A stretch of DNA of 48,541 bases from positions 1-48,541 of the forward strand of contig CAJBMJ010000292.1 in assembly GCA_903954045.1 (NCBI GenBank), read 5' to 3'. Both the position numbers and the translations under genes were made by a program. This stretch comes from an uncultured beta proteobacterium (GTDB taxonomy: Bacteria > Pseudomonadota > Gammaproteobacteria > Burkholderiales > Burkholderiaceae_C). Shown one piece after another: positions 9,942 to 22,502 of the stretch. How positions within the stretch are numbered: the first letter of the stretch is position 1; the number at the start of each line of letters is the position of its first letter. The notes beneath the pieces were generated by a model. The model worked only from the letters and a program-made list of their open reading frames with translations, had not been told where the DNA came from and did not search any database.

Positions 9942-11897
9942 ATGATTACCCTGAAAAACGTCACCCTACGCCGCAGCGCTAAGGTACTCCTGGAAGGCGC
10001 TTCCGTCACCCTCAACCCCGGCGAAAAGATCGGTTTGGTCGGGCGCAATGGGGCTGGTAAATCGTCGTTGTTTGCACTGCTCAACGGCAACCTGCACGAA
10101 GACGCTGGGGAATACTACATTCCGGCCCAGTGGCGCATGGGCCAGGTCGCGCAGGACATGCCCGAGACGGACCAAAGCGCTACCGACTTTGTGGTGGAAG
10201 GAGACACGGCCCTGAACGCGGCGCGCGAAGAAGTCACTGCTGCTGAGGCTACCGACGATTACGACCGCATGGCCCATGCCTATATGGCATTGCACGATGC
10301 TGGCGAGCACGACGCCCCGGCCCGGGCGCAAGCCTTGATATTGGGTCTGGGCTTCAAGACCAGTGAGCTCGAGAACCCGGTCAACAGTTTCTCAGGCGGC
10401 TGGCGCATGCGATTGCAACTGGCCCGCGCATTAATGTGCCCCAGCGACCTGCTGCTGCTTGACGAACCCACCAACCATCTGGACTTGGATGCCCTGGTGT
10501 GGCTGGAAGCGTGGCTCAAGAAATACGAAGGCACCATGGTGGTGATCAGCCATGACCGGGAGTTTCTGGATGCGGTCACCAATGTCACCCTGCACATCGA
10601 CGCGGGCAAGTTGGTGCGCTACGGCGGTAACTACAGCAAGTTTGAGGACATGCGCGCCGAGCAGATGGAGTTGCAGCAGAACGCCTATTCCAAGCAGCAG
10701 GACAAGATTGCCCACCTGCAAAAGTTCATCGCCCGCTTCAAGGCCAAGGCCAGCAAGGCCAAACAGGCCCAAAGCCGAGTGAAGGCGCTGGACCGCATGG
10801 AAAAGATTGCGCCGCTGCTCTCCGAGGCGGACTTCAGCTTCGAGTTCAAGGAACCTGCCAATCTGCCCAACCCCATGCTATCTATGAGTGGCGTGAGCTT
10901 TGGCTACCCGCCGCCAGAAGACGCAGTGGCTGGTACACCGCCCACGGTGATCGTTCAGAACGTCAACAAATCGGTTTTGGCGGGCCAACGCATCGGCATT
11001 CTGGGTGCCAACGGACAGGGTAAGTCCACCTTGGTAAAGACAGTCGCTCGCGCCCTACAGCCTCTGGGTGGTGAAGTAACCGAGGGCAAGGGCCTGAACA
11101 TTGGCTACTTTGCCCAGCAGGAGCTGGACGTGCTGCGCCCGGCAGATACGCCTTTGGAGCACATGATCCGGCTGGTCAAAGAGCTCACGGCGGCCGGAAA
11201 GATTGCGGGGCAGGCAACGCGCGAGCAGGATCTGCGCAGCTTTTTAGGCACTTTCAATTTCAGCGGCGACATGGTCAAGCAGGCCGTGGGCAGCATGAGC
11301 GGCGGCGAAAAAGCCCGACTGGTGCTGTGCATGATCGTCTGGCAGCGCCCCAACCTGCTGCTGCTCGACGAGCCCACCAACCATCTGGACCTCGCCACCC
11401 GCGAGGCACTGTCCATGGCGCTCAACGAATTTGAAGGTACCGTGATGCTGGTGAGCCACGACCGAGCGCTGTTGCGAGCCGTGTGTGATGAGTTCTGGAT
11501 GGTGTCGCGCGGTGGCGTGGAGCCGTTTGATGGTGACCTGGATGATTACCAGCGCTACCTGCTGGATGAAGCCAAGCGCCAGCGTGAACTGGCCAAAGCC
11601 AGCACCAAGGCTGAAACGCCAGTGGCCGAGAAGAAACCGGCAGTTGCAGCAGCCGCTGGCGTGCAAAAAACAGGGGCAGCGCCAGAGCTGGTTCGCAAAT
11701 GGAAAAAGGAATTGGGGCAGGTCGAAACACGCTTGAAGGCCCTGAATGACGAAGGCGCGGTACTGGAAGGAAAACTCTCCACAAACCCGCACCCTTCCGA
11801 AATTGCAGAGGCGTGCAAGCGGCTTAAGGCGGTCAACGAAGAACTCAAGACACTGGAAGACCAGTGGCTGGAATTGACCACGCTGCTGGAGGTCTGA
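9942..11897 (+). CDS. ABC-F family ATPase (YheS-like)
   Basis: Two ABC domains (GRNGAGKSS/FSGGW/LLLDEPTNHLD and GANGQGKST/MSGGE/LLLDEPTNHLD), KASKAKQAQSR linker, C-terminal coiled coil, no membrane domain. Confidence 0.95.
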   Translation: MITLKNVTLRRSAKVLLEGASVTLNPGEKIGLVGRNGAGKSSLFALLNGNLHEDAGEYYIPAQWRMGQVAQDMPETDQSATDFVVEGDTALNAAREEVTAAEATDDYDRMAHAYMALHDAGEHDAPARAQALILGLGFKTSELENPVNSFSGGWRMRLQLARALMCPSDLLLLDEPTNHLDLDALVWLEAWLKKYEGTMVVISHDREFLDAVTNVTLHIDAGKLVRYGGNYSKFEDMRAEQMELQQNAYSKQQDKIAHLQKFIARFKAKASKAKQAQSRVKALDRMEKIAPLLSEADFSFEFKEPANLPNPMLSMSGVSFGYPPPEDAVAGTPPTVIVQNVNKSVLAGQRIGILGANGQGKSTLVKTVARALQPLGGEVTEGKGLNIGYFAQQELDVLRPADTPLEHMIRLVKELTAAGKIAGQATREQDLRSFLGTFNFSGDMVKQAVGSMSGGEKARLVLCMIVWQRPNLLLLDEPTNHLDLATREALSMALNEFEGTVMLVSHDRALLRAVCDEFWMVSRGGVEPFDGDLDDYQRYLLDEAKRQRELAKASTKAETPVAEKKPAVAAAAGVQKTGAAPELVRKWKKELGQVETRLKALNDEGAVLEGKLSTNPHPSEIAEACKRLKAVNEELKTLEDQWLELTTLLEV

Positions 11898-11900
11898 ACC

Positions 11901-12467
11901 ATGACTGCTGCTTCGGGCCCTATCGTTGAAGCTGTGTTGTCGGCGGTGTCCCGCATACCCGACACCAGTCAGCACAGAGAGGTTTCGCCCCTGTTGGCGG
12001 CGCAGGCGCTCACCAGAGCGGCGGCAACCAAAGCCGCGCTGACCTCGGGGTCGCTGGCACTGGCACCGGGGCCCATTGGCCTGTTGACGCTGCTGCCCGA
12101 CCTGATTGCCGTCTGGAAAATTCAGTCCCAACTGGTATCGGACATTGCTGCGGTGTACGGACGAAAGGCTGAGCTCACCCGCGAACACATGCTGTACTGC
12201 CTTTTCAAACACACGGCAAGCCAGGCTCTGCGGGACCTGATGGTGCGTGCGGGGGAGCGCTATGTGTTCAAACGCGCCTCCCTGGCTGCACTGGAAAAGA
12301 TTGCAAAGAAGATCGGCCTGGTTACCACCAAAAAGCTGATGGGTTCAGCAGGTTCCCGTTTTCTGCCCTTGGTTGGAGCGGTCGGGGTTGGTGCTTATGC
12401 GTATTACGACACGGTCAAAGTAGCCGCCACAGCGATCGCGCTGTTTGAAAAAGACCTCAGTCCCTGA
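11901..12467 (+). CDS. Hypothetical protein, EcsC-like
   Basis: 188-aa ORF; LLPDLIAVWKIQ..IAAVYG and RFLPLVGAVGVG resemble EcsC-family segments. Confidence 0.6.
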   Translation: MTAASGPIVEAVLSAVSRIPDTSQHREVSPLLAAQALTRAAATKAALTSGSLALAPGPIGLLTLLPDLIAVWKIQSQLVSDIAAVYGRKAELTREHMLYCLFKHTASQALRDLMVRAGERYVFKRASLAALEKIAKKIGLVTTKKLMGSAGSRFLPLVGAVGVGAYAYYDTVKVAATAIALFEKDLSP

Positions 12468-12489
12468 GTAATCCAGTCGGGATTCAATT

Positions 12490-12533
12490 TCCCCCAAACG
12501 GGGGATAGCACTTTTTTCTGCGCGTCCTACACT
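12490..12533 (+). promoter_or_regulatory. Palindromic operator (TCCCCC-AAAC-GGGGGA) plus TACACT -10-like box upstream of a small ORF
   Basis: Perfect 6-4-6 palindrome at 12490-12505 and TACACT at 12528-12533. Confidence 0.45.
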
Positions 12534-12563
12534 GACATTTCCAAATACAAACAGGGAGTGATC

Positions 12564-12839
12564 ATGGGTATGGCAGCATTTGACTCGGGCGGATGGCGCA
12601 AGATTTGTCAGCGCACAGCTGTGCAGTGTGACAACAGTGCTATGACGCCCATGCATTACACGTTTTTGTACGGGCAACAGATTGATGACGCCCTGGGAGC
12701 CATTGAATCTCAGTTTGCGTTCGAGGCCATTGAAGTTGCGCGCGAATTTGGCTACGACACACCCACCGAACGGCATGAGTTGCGCACCTGGGTTACGCAG
12801 AGGGCACGGGAAGCTGCTACCGCCGTCGGTTGCAGATGA
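12564..12839 (+). CDS. Small hypothetical protein (91 aa)
   Basis: AGGGAG ribosome-binding site before ATG 12564; fills the gap between neighbouring genes and converges on the DUF4149 gene. Confidence 0.6.
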   Translation: MGMAAFDSGGWRKICQRTAVQCDNSAMTPMHYTFLYGQQIDDALGAIESQFAFEAIEVAREFGYDTPTERHELRTWVTQRAREAATAVGCR

Positions 12840-12844
12840 AAGTT

Positions 12845-13273
12845 CTATTCCTGTGAGGCTCGGCCGGACGCTGAACCGGCCAGCTTTCCGAATACCACCA
12901 GTGCGCAGGCCCACTGCGCAAAGTACATGGCGCTTCCCACGCGGTGCCACAACGCCAAGTTGTCGCGCGCCACAATTCTGGGAGCCACCGCAATCTCAAC
13001 CAACAAAGCCAACAGCAGCCCGGACACTACAAAAAGTGTAGCTGCTTGTGCAGTAAGGGCGGGCGTTAGAGGTCGATTCGACCTGAAGGCGGCCAGCAGG
13101 CCCACGGCGCACACGGCCGAAATACCAGTTTGCACGCCAAATAACTTGGCTGCCATGGTTCCGGCCATGGCTGGGGTCGACAAGTGGACAAACAACATGG
13201 GCACCACAAACAAACCCAAGGTGCTAAGGCTGCCCACCCAGACAGCCGCCAACCACAGGGGCAAGGTGCGCAT
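12845..13273 (-). CDS. DUF4149-like small membrane protein
   Basis: Four hydrophobic helices, FVVPMLF..L..PAMAGTMAAKLF, WHRVGS; lies downstream of greA. Confidence 0.75.
   Translation of the reverse strand: MRTLPLWLAAVWVGSLSTLGLFVVPMLFVHLSTPAMAGTMAAKLFGVQTGISAVCAVGLLAAFRSNRPLTPALTAQAATLFVVSGLLLALLVEIAVAPRIVARDNLALWHRVGSAMYFAQWACALVVFGKLAGSASGRASQE
13026..13074 (-). repeat. Intragenic ~49-bp repeat, copy 2 (inside the DUF4149 gene, encodes RPLTPALTAQAATLFVV)
   Basis: Minus strand GACCTCTAACGCCCGCCCTTACTGCACAAGCAGCTACACTTTTTGTAGT, colinear with copies 1 and 3. Confidence 0.8.
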
Positions 13274-13284
13274 GAAAGGATCTG

Positions 13285-13761
13285 TTAAATGTAGGAGACG
13301 GCAACCACCTCATAGGCTCGCTCGCCGCCCGGGGCCAGCACCACGGCTGTGTCACCTGCTTCTTTGCCAATGAGCGCGCGCGCAATAGGTGAGCTGATAT
13401 TGATCAGTCCCTGCTTGAGATCGGCTTCATCTTCGCCCACGATCTGGTACTTGACCAGGTCGCCGGATTCTTCGTCCTCCAGTTCCACGGTGGAGCCAAA
13501 CACCACCCTGCCCTCTGCTTGAATGGACGACGGGTCGATGACCTGGGCAATGGACAGCTTGCCTTCGATTTCCTGGATTCGCCCTTCAATAAAGCCCTGG
13601 CGCTCTTTAGCGGCATCGTAGTCTGCGTTCTCGCTCAAATCGCCTTGGGCACGCGCCTCTGCAATCGCCTGGATAACCGACGGACGCTCGACTGTCTTGA
13701 GCTTGTGCAGTTCGGCCTTGAGCATTTCAGCGCCGCGTTTGGTAATAGGAAAAGTTGCCAT
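13285..13761 (-). CDS. greA: Transcription elongation factor GreA
   Basis: [17 protein letters not shown] and [12 protein letters not shown]. Confidence 0.98.
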   Translation of the reverse strand: MATFPITKRGAEMLKAELHKLKTVERPSVIQAIAEARAQGDLSENADYDAAKERQGFIEGRIQEIEGKLSIAQVIDPSSIQAEGRVVFGSTVELEDEESGDLVKYQIVGEDEADLKQGLINISSPIARALIGKEAGDTAVVLAPGGERAYEVVAVSYI

Positions 13762-13794
13762 GGTCTCTATTGGTTTTTGGAGAGCTGAAAGTAC

Positions 13795-13830
13795 AAGGAC
13801 AGTGCTGCACTTGCGCGCAGCACTGTCCTT
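13795..13830 (-). terminator. Strong hairpin between carB and greA (terminator/attenuator or RNA-stabilising stem)
   Basis: Perfect 14-bp stem AAGGACAGTGCTGC/GCAGCACTGTCCTT with an 8-nt loop; only a weak U-tract (TTGTACTTT) on the transcribed strand. Confidence 0.55.
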
Positions 13831-13855
13831 CGTTGCAGGGAGCGATTATGCCAAG

Positions 13856-17110
<3,255 letters not shown>

Positions 17111-17162
17111 TTAGAAACTCGTGCTTTTAAGGCTCTTTACTATTCAATGAATTCAGACTTGT

Positions 17163-17831
17163 TCAGTTCAGGCTCGCAGTGGCCAGCTTGGCCCCAAACC
17201 ACATAAACAGACCGCCCACAGCGCTCGACAGACTGGCCGACAGACGCTTGCGCCGGCTAAATCCTTGCGCCAGCCGGGCTCCCGCAAAAATCAGGGCGGA
17301 CAAATAGACGGCACTCAAGCCCATGATGATGCTTCCCAGAATCAGGAAGGGAACGGCGGGCGTAGCGTAGGCGGGGTCAATGAACTGCACAAAGAACGAC
17401 AGCAAAAACAAAATCGCCTTCGGGTTCAAAAGACTGATGACGAGCGCGCGCTTGAACGGTTGCTGCATATGGGTAACCATTTGCGAAACTGCGGCATCCG
17501 TGTCCGGCTCAACCGTTTTGGACGAGCGCCACTTGGCGATCGCGCCGCGAACCAGGTTGATGCCTACCCACGTCAGGTAGGCAGCCCCCACATACTTCAC
17601 CACCATGAACAGCGCAGGGTAAGTACGCAGCAGGCCAGCGGCACCCAAGGCAGTGAGTGTCAGCAAAATGGTGTCCCCTACAAACACGCCAAACGCGCCT
17701 TGGTAGCCAGCGCGCACACCGCGCGAGGTCGCTACCGACAGCACGTACAGCGAGTTCGGACCGGGCAGCAAAATAATGCCGATCGCACCGATCAGGTAAG
17801 TCCAGATGTCAGTGACGCCGTAAAAGCTCAT
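17163..17831 (-). CDS. leuE: Leucine efflux protein, LysE/RhtB family
   Basis: [30 protein letters not shown]; multiple membrane helices. Confidence 0.85.
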   Translation of the reverse strand: MSFYGVTDIWTYLIGAIGIILLPGPNSLYVLSVATSRGVRAGYQGAFGVFVGDTILLTLTALGAAGLLRTYPALFMVVKYVGAAYLTWVGINLVRGAIAKWRSSKTVEPDTDAAVSQMVTHMQQPFKRALVISLLNPKAILFLLSFFVQFIDPAYATPAVPFLILGSIIMGLSAVYLSALIFAGARLAQGFSRRKRLSASLSSAVGGLFMWFGAKLATASLN

Positions 17832-18994
17832 GCACGCTTTTCCATCAATCCTATGAAGCGGTCGAACAGGTAACCGATGTCATGCGGGCCTGGCGAGGCT
17901 TCCGGGTGTCCCTGGAAGCAGAACGCGGGCTTGTCGGTGCGCTCCAACCCTTGCAGCGTGTTGTCAAACAGGCTGATGTGCGTGGGGCGCAAGTTGGCTG
18001 GCAAGGTACGCTCGTCCACCGCAAAGCCATGGTTCTGGCTGGTGATGGACACACGGCCGCTGTCGAGATCTTTCACCGGGTGGTTGGCACCATGGTGGCC
18101 GAACTTCATCTTGAAGGTCTTGGCGCCCGAGGCAAGAGCCATGATCTGGTGGCCCAGGCAAATACCGAAGGTTGGAATGCCGGTTTCAATCAGTTCCTTG
18201 GCCGCCGCAATGGCATAGTCACATGGCTGGGGATCGCCAGGGCCATTGGAAAGGAAAATGCCACTGGGCTCGTACCTGAGCACCTCAGAGGCAGGGGTTT
18301 GCGCTGGCACTACAGTGACCTTGCAGCCACGCTCGGCCAGCATACGCAGGATGTTCTTCTTGACCCCAAAGTCGTAAGCCACGACATGGAACCTGGGTTC
18401 GGTTTGTGCGCCGTAGCCCTCGCCCAAAGTCCACTCAGACTCGGTCCAGCCATAGCTGCTGGCACTCGTCACCACTTTGGCCAAGTCCAATCCGGACATA
18501 CTGGGTGCACATTTGGCGGCGGCTACGGCCTTTTCGATAGCTTCTTTGGTAACTGCTTCACCAGCGGCCAGCGCCAGAATGCAGCCGTTTTGCGCGCCTT
18601 GGGTGCGCAGTTGGCGGGTCAACTGGCGGGTGTCAATATTGGCAATAGCTACCGTTCCTTCGGTCACCAGATACTGTGACAGCGTCTGTGTGGAGCGAAA
18701 GTTGGAGGCCAGCAGTGGCAAATCCTTAATGATCAGACCCGCTGCCTGGACCTTGTCCGACTCGACGTCTTCCGGGTTGATGCCGTAGCTGCCAATATGA
18801 GGGTAGGTCAACGTGACGATCTGCTGGCAATAACTGGGATCGGTGAGGATCTCCTGGTAGCCGGTCATGGACGTGTTGAACACGACTTCGCCGACGGTGG
18901 AGCCAATGGCTCCAATGGAATTGCCAATGTAGACCGTGCCGTCTGCGAGCGCCAGAATGGCGGGTGGGGTAGTTCCCTTAAGAGACAAAAGCAC
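17828..18994 (-). CDS. carA: Carbamoyl-phosphate synthase small subunit
   Basis: [50 protein letters not shown] 18994 follows GGAGA. Confidence 0.98.
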   Translation of the reverse strand: MLLSLKGTTPPAILALADGTVYIGNSIGAIGSTVGEVVFNTSMTGYQEILTDPSYCQQIVTLTYPHIGSYGINPEDVESDKVQAAGLIIKDLPLLASNFRSTQTLSQYLVTEGTVAIANIDTRQLTRQLRTQGAQNGCILALAAGEAVTKEAIEKAVAAAKCAPSMSGLDLAKVVTSASSYGWTESEWTLGEGYGAQTEPRFHVVAYDFGVKKNILRMLAERGCKVTVVPAQTPASEVLRYEPSGIFLSNGPGDPQPCDYAIAAAKELIETGIPTFGICLGHQIMALASGAKTFKMKFGHHGANHPVKDLDSGRVSITSQNHGFAVDERTLPANLRPTHISLFDNTLQGLERTDKPAFCFQGHPEASPGPHDIGYLFDRFIGLMEKRA

Positions 18995-19123
18995 TGGTTT
19001 CTCCGAATGGGTTACGGTTACGCCCAAACGCGCTCAAGAATCGCTCTTGGCGGATGCTTCTGTGAGGGGAGATTGCTTGAAATACGCTTGGGACAGCTGT
19101 TTTCTGGAAAGCCTCCCATTATA
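18995..19123 (-). promoter_or_regulatory. carA promoter (-10 TATAAT) and long structured 5' leader
   Basis: TATAAT on the minus strand at 19118-19123, about 120 nt before the start codon, with nested stems between. Confidence 0.5.
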
Positions 19124-19132
19124 GCCGAGGAC

Positions 19133-22100
19133 CTAAGCTTTAACCTCCCCCTCGACTTCGCCAGGGACCACTGTTTGCCAGGCGTTTTCGGGCTTCCAGA
19201 TCGCAACCCAATTTGGAATTTGCTCCCCAGGCATGGGCCTGGCAATGCCATACCCCTGTGCCAAATAGCAGCCCAATTGCAGCAGGGCCAGGCCATGGGC
19301 ATTGGTTTCCACGCCCTCTGCAATCACGTTGCGCCTGAAAGCAGCCGCCAGCCCCACGATGCCCTTGAGAATGGCCAAATCGTCAGCGTCGTCGAGCATG
19401 TCCCGCACAAAACTTTGGTCAATTTTGAGCGTCTTCACCGGCAAACGTTTAAGGTAAGTCAGTGAGGAATATCCAGTACCAAAATCATCCAGTGCAAAGT
19501 GGACCCCCATGGATGCGCACTGGGCAATGACACTGGAGATACCAGATATGTCCTCCAACGCACTGGTTTCAAGCACTTCCAGTTCCAGCATGTGCGGTGA
19601 AACGTCTGCAAACTGACCCAGCAACTCAGCCAGGCGCTGCACAAACTCCGGCTGCTGGAGTTGCATCGCTCCCATATTGACGCTCACTGGCATCTCGAGC
19701 CCGACGGTTTTCCACTGACGAATCTGCTGCAAGGCGGATCGAATAACCCACTCACCAACGTCCACGGAAAGTGGATGATTTTCCAGATCCGGCAAAAACG
19801 CGGAGGGCGGCAATAAACCGCGCTGAGGATGCTGCCAACGAATCAAGGCCTCGACGCCTATCACAAGCCCTGTGTACATATTGACTTTGGGCTGGTAGTG
19901 GAGCTCAAACTCCTGGTCGATCAGCGCCTGTTGCAGGCGTTCGATGTTCTCATGATGCCCACGCACACTGCGGTCGTGCTCGGCATCAAACACGTGATAA
20001 CGGTTCTTTCCAGAGACTTTGGCCTGGTACATGGCCTGATCGGCCTGTCGCTGCAATTGGTCTGCGTCTATGGAATCTGCTTGGGGGTAGAAAGTAACCC
20101 CCAGACTGGCCGAAACCTGCACCACCTGCCCGTCCAGATTGAATGGCTGTGACGTGGCCGAAAGCAGCCGCTTGAGCAGGGGGACGCAAGATGACACATC
20201 CGGCAAGTCTGCCAATACTGCGACGAACTCGTCTCCGCCAATGCGCGCCAGGGTATCGCCCTCACGCAGGGTGGCCTTCATGTGCCTGGCTGCACCGGCA
20301 AGGACCTGATCACCTGCATCGTGCCCCAGTGTGTCATTGATATGTTTGAAGCCATCCAGGTCCAGGTACACCACGGCAAGTAGCTGATTGCGTCTCTGCA
20401 CCGTAAGCATGGCCTGTTGCAGACGGTCGGCAAGCAACACACGATTGGGCAGACCGGTGAGCGGGTCGAAGTGGGCCATGCGCTCCATCTCCTGCTGGTG
20501 CTCTTTCTGCGCAGTGATATCCGAAAACAAGGACACGTAATGCCGTGGTTCACCACGCTCATTTCGTACCAGACTGACCGTCTGAAGCTCTGCATACAGC
20601 TGGCCGTCCTTGCGCCGATTCCAGATCTCACCCACCCAGTGGCCCTGCTCCCGCACGTCTTTCCACATATCGGTGTAAAAGTCCAGGGAATGGCGCCCAG
20701 ATTTGAGGATTCGTGGATTGGCGCCAATCACTTCCTCCCTGGAAAATCCGGTAATCCGGCTGAAGGCATCGTTGACTGTAACGATCGTTCCATCGAGCTC
20801 AGTGATCATGATTCCTTCACGGGCGAAGGTGAACACACTGGCTGCCAGCAGGATTTTTTGTTCAGCAGATTTGCGCTCGCTGATGTCGGTCACCACCGAT
20901 ATGAGGTAACCCGCATTGGGGTCGTCTTCCTGCACCACCTGCTCAGCCACGCTGACCCACACCAGCGATTGGTTCGAGCGCACATAAGGTTGCTCAACCG
21001 CATAGTTTTGAAGCTTGGCAGACTGCAGATCCTGAGACCTCTGAAGGTCCCCACCAGTTTTCGGTGGCAGGATTTGGGCCAGGGTTACCTGTCCGGAAAT
21101 CAGCATCTCACGGGAATAACCCAGCAAGTCGCAGTATTGCTGGTTGACTTGCAGGAAACGGCCATCGAGCGACAACTGCGCCATGCCAACCGCTGCGTTT
21201 TCGAAAACCGCCCGGAACAGTGCCTCGCGCTGGGAAAGGGCCTGGTTTTTCTCCTGAAGGTCGGCATGGTACCGGTCGAACAGGCTGGCCAACCAGCGTG
21301 CAAACCAGAGTGAGGCCAAAGAACCGATGGCCAGTGCCAACGCAAGCGCGACGATCCAGCTGCGCCAACTCGATTCGCCCAGGATGGCTTGGTGCACACG
21401 TTCCTGTTGCAACGCCGCACCCATATCATCATCAGCGACGCTGGCCACGACCACCCAACCCCAGGGCTCAAACAAGGTCACCAGCGCCGTTTTTTCCAAC
21501 GCACTGGAAGCATTGGAGGCCCTCCAGAGATACTTCACTTCCCCTCCGCCTGAAAGCGCTTTGGTGTACAAGGCCTCCACGGCTGCGCGTGGTTCAGACG
21601 GCATGTCCTTGAAATGAAGGCCCTCTACCCCTGAATTGGAGGGCGACATGATGGAATGCCCGGTCTTGCCAATGAGGCCGATGGTGCCACTGGCGCCAAA
21701 CCGGATTCCGCGCAAGCGGGCAATGGCCTCCTTTTGCTGTCGCTCCTCCCAGACTTCCACATATTCGCCAGTGCCAATCAGCCAGTCAAATGGCGCGAAA
21801 TGACGCACATAGGCCAGTTTGTCCGACATGACCTTGTTGTTGCCAGGAGAGTACCAGCGGTATTCAGAGAAACCCTCGCCTGGGGGCTTGGTGGCGGCCT
21901 CAATCAGCCCCCGCATGATGAAGTGCCCCCTGTCATCCCGGTTGTCCAGAATGGTTTTGCCTTCCAGTTGCGGCGCAGTGGGCAGCAAAATGAACTGGCC
22001 CTGCATGCTATCGATGAAGAAGTAGCCACGACCGTCAAAAAAGCGCATCGGACGAAGGGCTTCAATGATGAGTTTTTTCACCTCTGCGGGACTACGACGG

Positions 22101-22438
22101 GGCGACTCCCGGTCGTAAATGCTTTGTGCCATCTGCATGACTGCGTCGACTTGCTCGCGCAAACTCTGACGCAGAACCGCATCGGTGCGCTTGCGGGTGA
22201 ATTCAAGATATCCCACCGCCGAATCCAGCTCCGCCTGGAGATGCGACTTCTGCTGATCGACCACCGACTTCTCGAGCCTGGCCAGCGATTCGCGGTGCTC
22301 GATCTGGCTGCGCCAGACAAAAAAAGCACCCAGGACCAGCGTGAGTACCACCACCAGCAGCAAGGTGCCAATCATGTGCAGCCGCGACAAACGGCGGCCG
22401 TCCTGCACTGTGGCGTCAGGGATGGCGAATCTATTCAT
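19133..22438 (-). CDS. Membrane Cache-Cache-PAS-PAS-GGDEF-EAL protein (diguanylate cyclase/phosphodiesterase)
   Basis: Two transmembrane helices flank a Cache region (GRGYFFID..DKLAYVRHFAPFDWLIGTG). Two PAS domains follow, then intact RIGGDEF, EALIRW and DDFGTGYSSL motifs. Confidence 0.93.
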   Translation of the reverse strand: MNRFAIPDATVQDGRRLSRLHMIGTLLLVVVLTLVLGAFFVWRSQIEHRESLARLEKSVVDQQKSHLQAELDSAVGYLEFTRKRTDAVLRQSLREQVDAVMQMAQSIYDRESPRRSPAEVKKLIIEALRPMRFFDGRGYFFIDSMQGQFILLPTAPQLEGKTILDNRDDRGHFIMRGLIEAATKPPGEGFSEYRWYSPGNNKVMSDKLAYVRHFAPFDWLIGTGEYVEVWEERQQKEAIARLRGIRFGASGTIGLIGKTGHSIMSPSNSGVEGLHFKDMPSEPRAAVEALYTKALSGGGEVKYLWRASNASSALEKTALVTLFEPWGWVVVASVADDDMGAALQQERVHQAILGESSWRSWIVALALALAIGSLASLWFARWLASLFDRYHADLQEKNQALSQREALFRAVFENAAVGMAQLSLDGRFLQVNQQYCDLLGYSREMLISGQVTLAQILPPKTGGDLQRSQDLQSAKLQNYAVEQPYVRSNQSLVWVSVAEQVVQEDDPNAGYLISVVTDISERKSAEQKILLAASVFTFAREGIMITELDGTIVTVNDAFSRITGFSREEVIGANPRILKSGRHSLDFYTDMWKDVREQGHWVGEIWNRRKDGQLYAELQTVSLVRNERGEPRHYVSLFSDITAQKEHQQEMERMAHFDPLTGLPNRVLLADRLQQAMLTVQRRNQLLAVVYLDLDGFKHINDTLGHDAGDQVLAGAARHMKATLREGDTLARIGGDEFVAVLADLPDVSSCVPLLKRLLSATSQPFNLDGQVVQVSASLGVTFYPQADSIDADQLQRQADQAMYQAKVSGKNRYHVFDAEHDRSVRGHHENIERLQQALIDQEFELHYQPKVNMYTGLVIGVEALIRWQHPQRGLLPPSAFLPDLENHPLSVDVGEWVIRSALQQIRQWKTVGLEMPVSVNMGAMQLQQPEFVQRLAELLGQFADVSPHMLELEVLETSALEDISGISSVIAQCASMGVHFALDDFGTGYSSLTYLKRLPVKTLKIDQSFVRDMLDDADDLAILKGIVGLAAAFRRNVIAEGVETNAHGLALLQLGCYLAQGYGIARPMPGEQIPNWVAIWKPENAWQTVVPGEVEGEVKA

Positions 22439-22502
22439 TTAAGTGGATTGTTGGGCCATTGGGGTGTTGCTGGCAACAAAAGATTGTTGCCCCCTTCCCT
22501 TC

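Noticed and set aside
9920-9946. AAGCTATAGAACAAATGAT as a degenerate copy of the motif
   Set aside because: Only a half-site matches, which is too weak to support.
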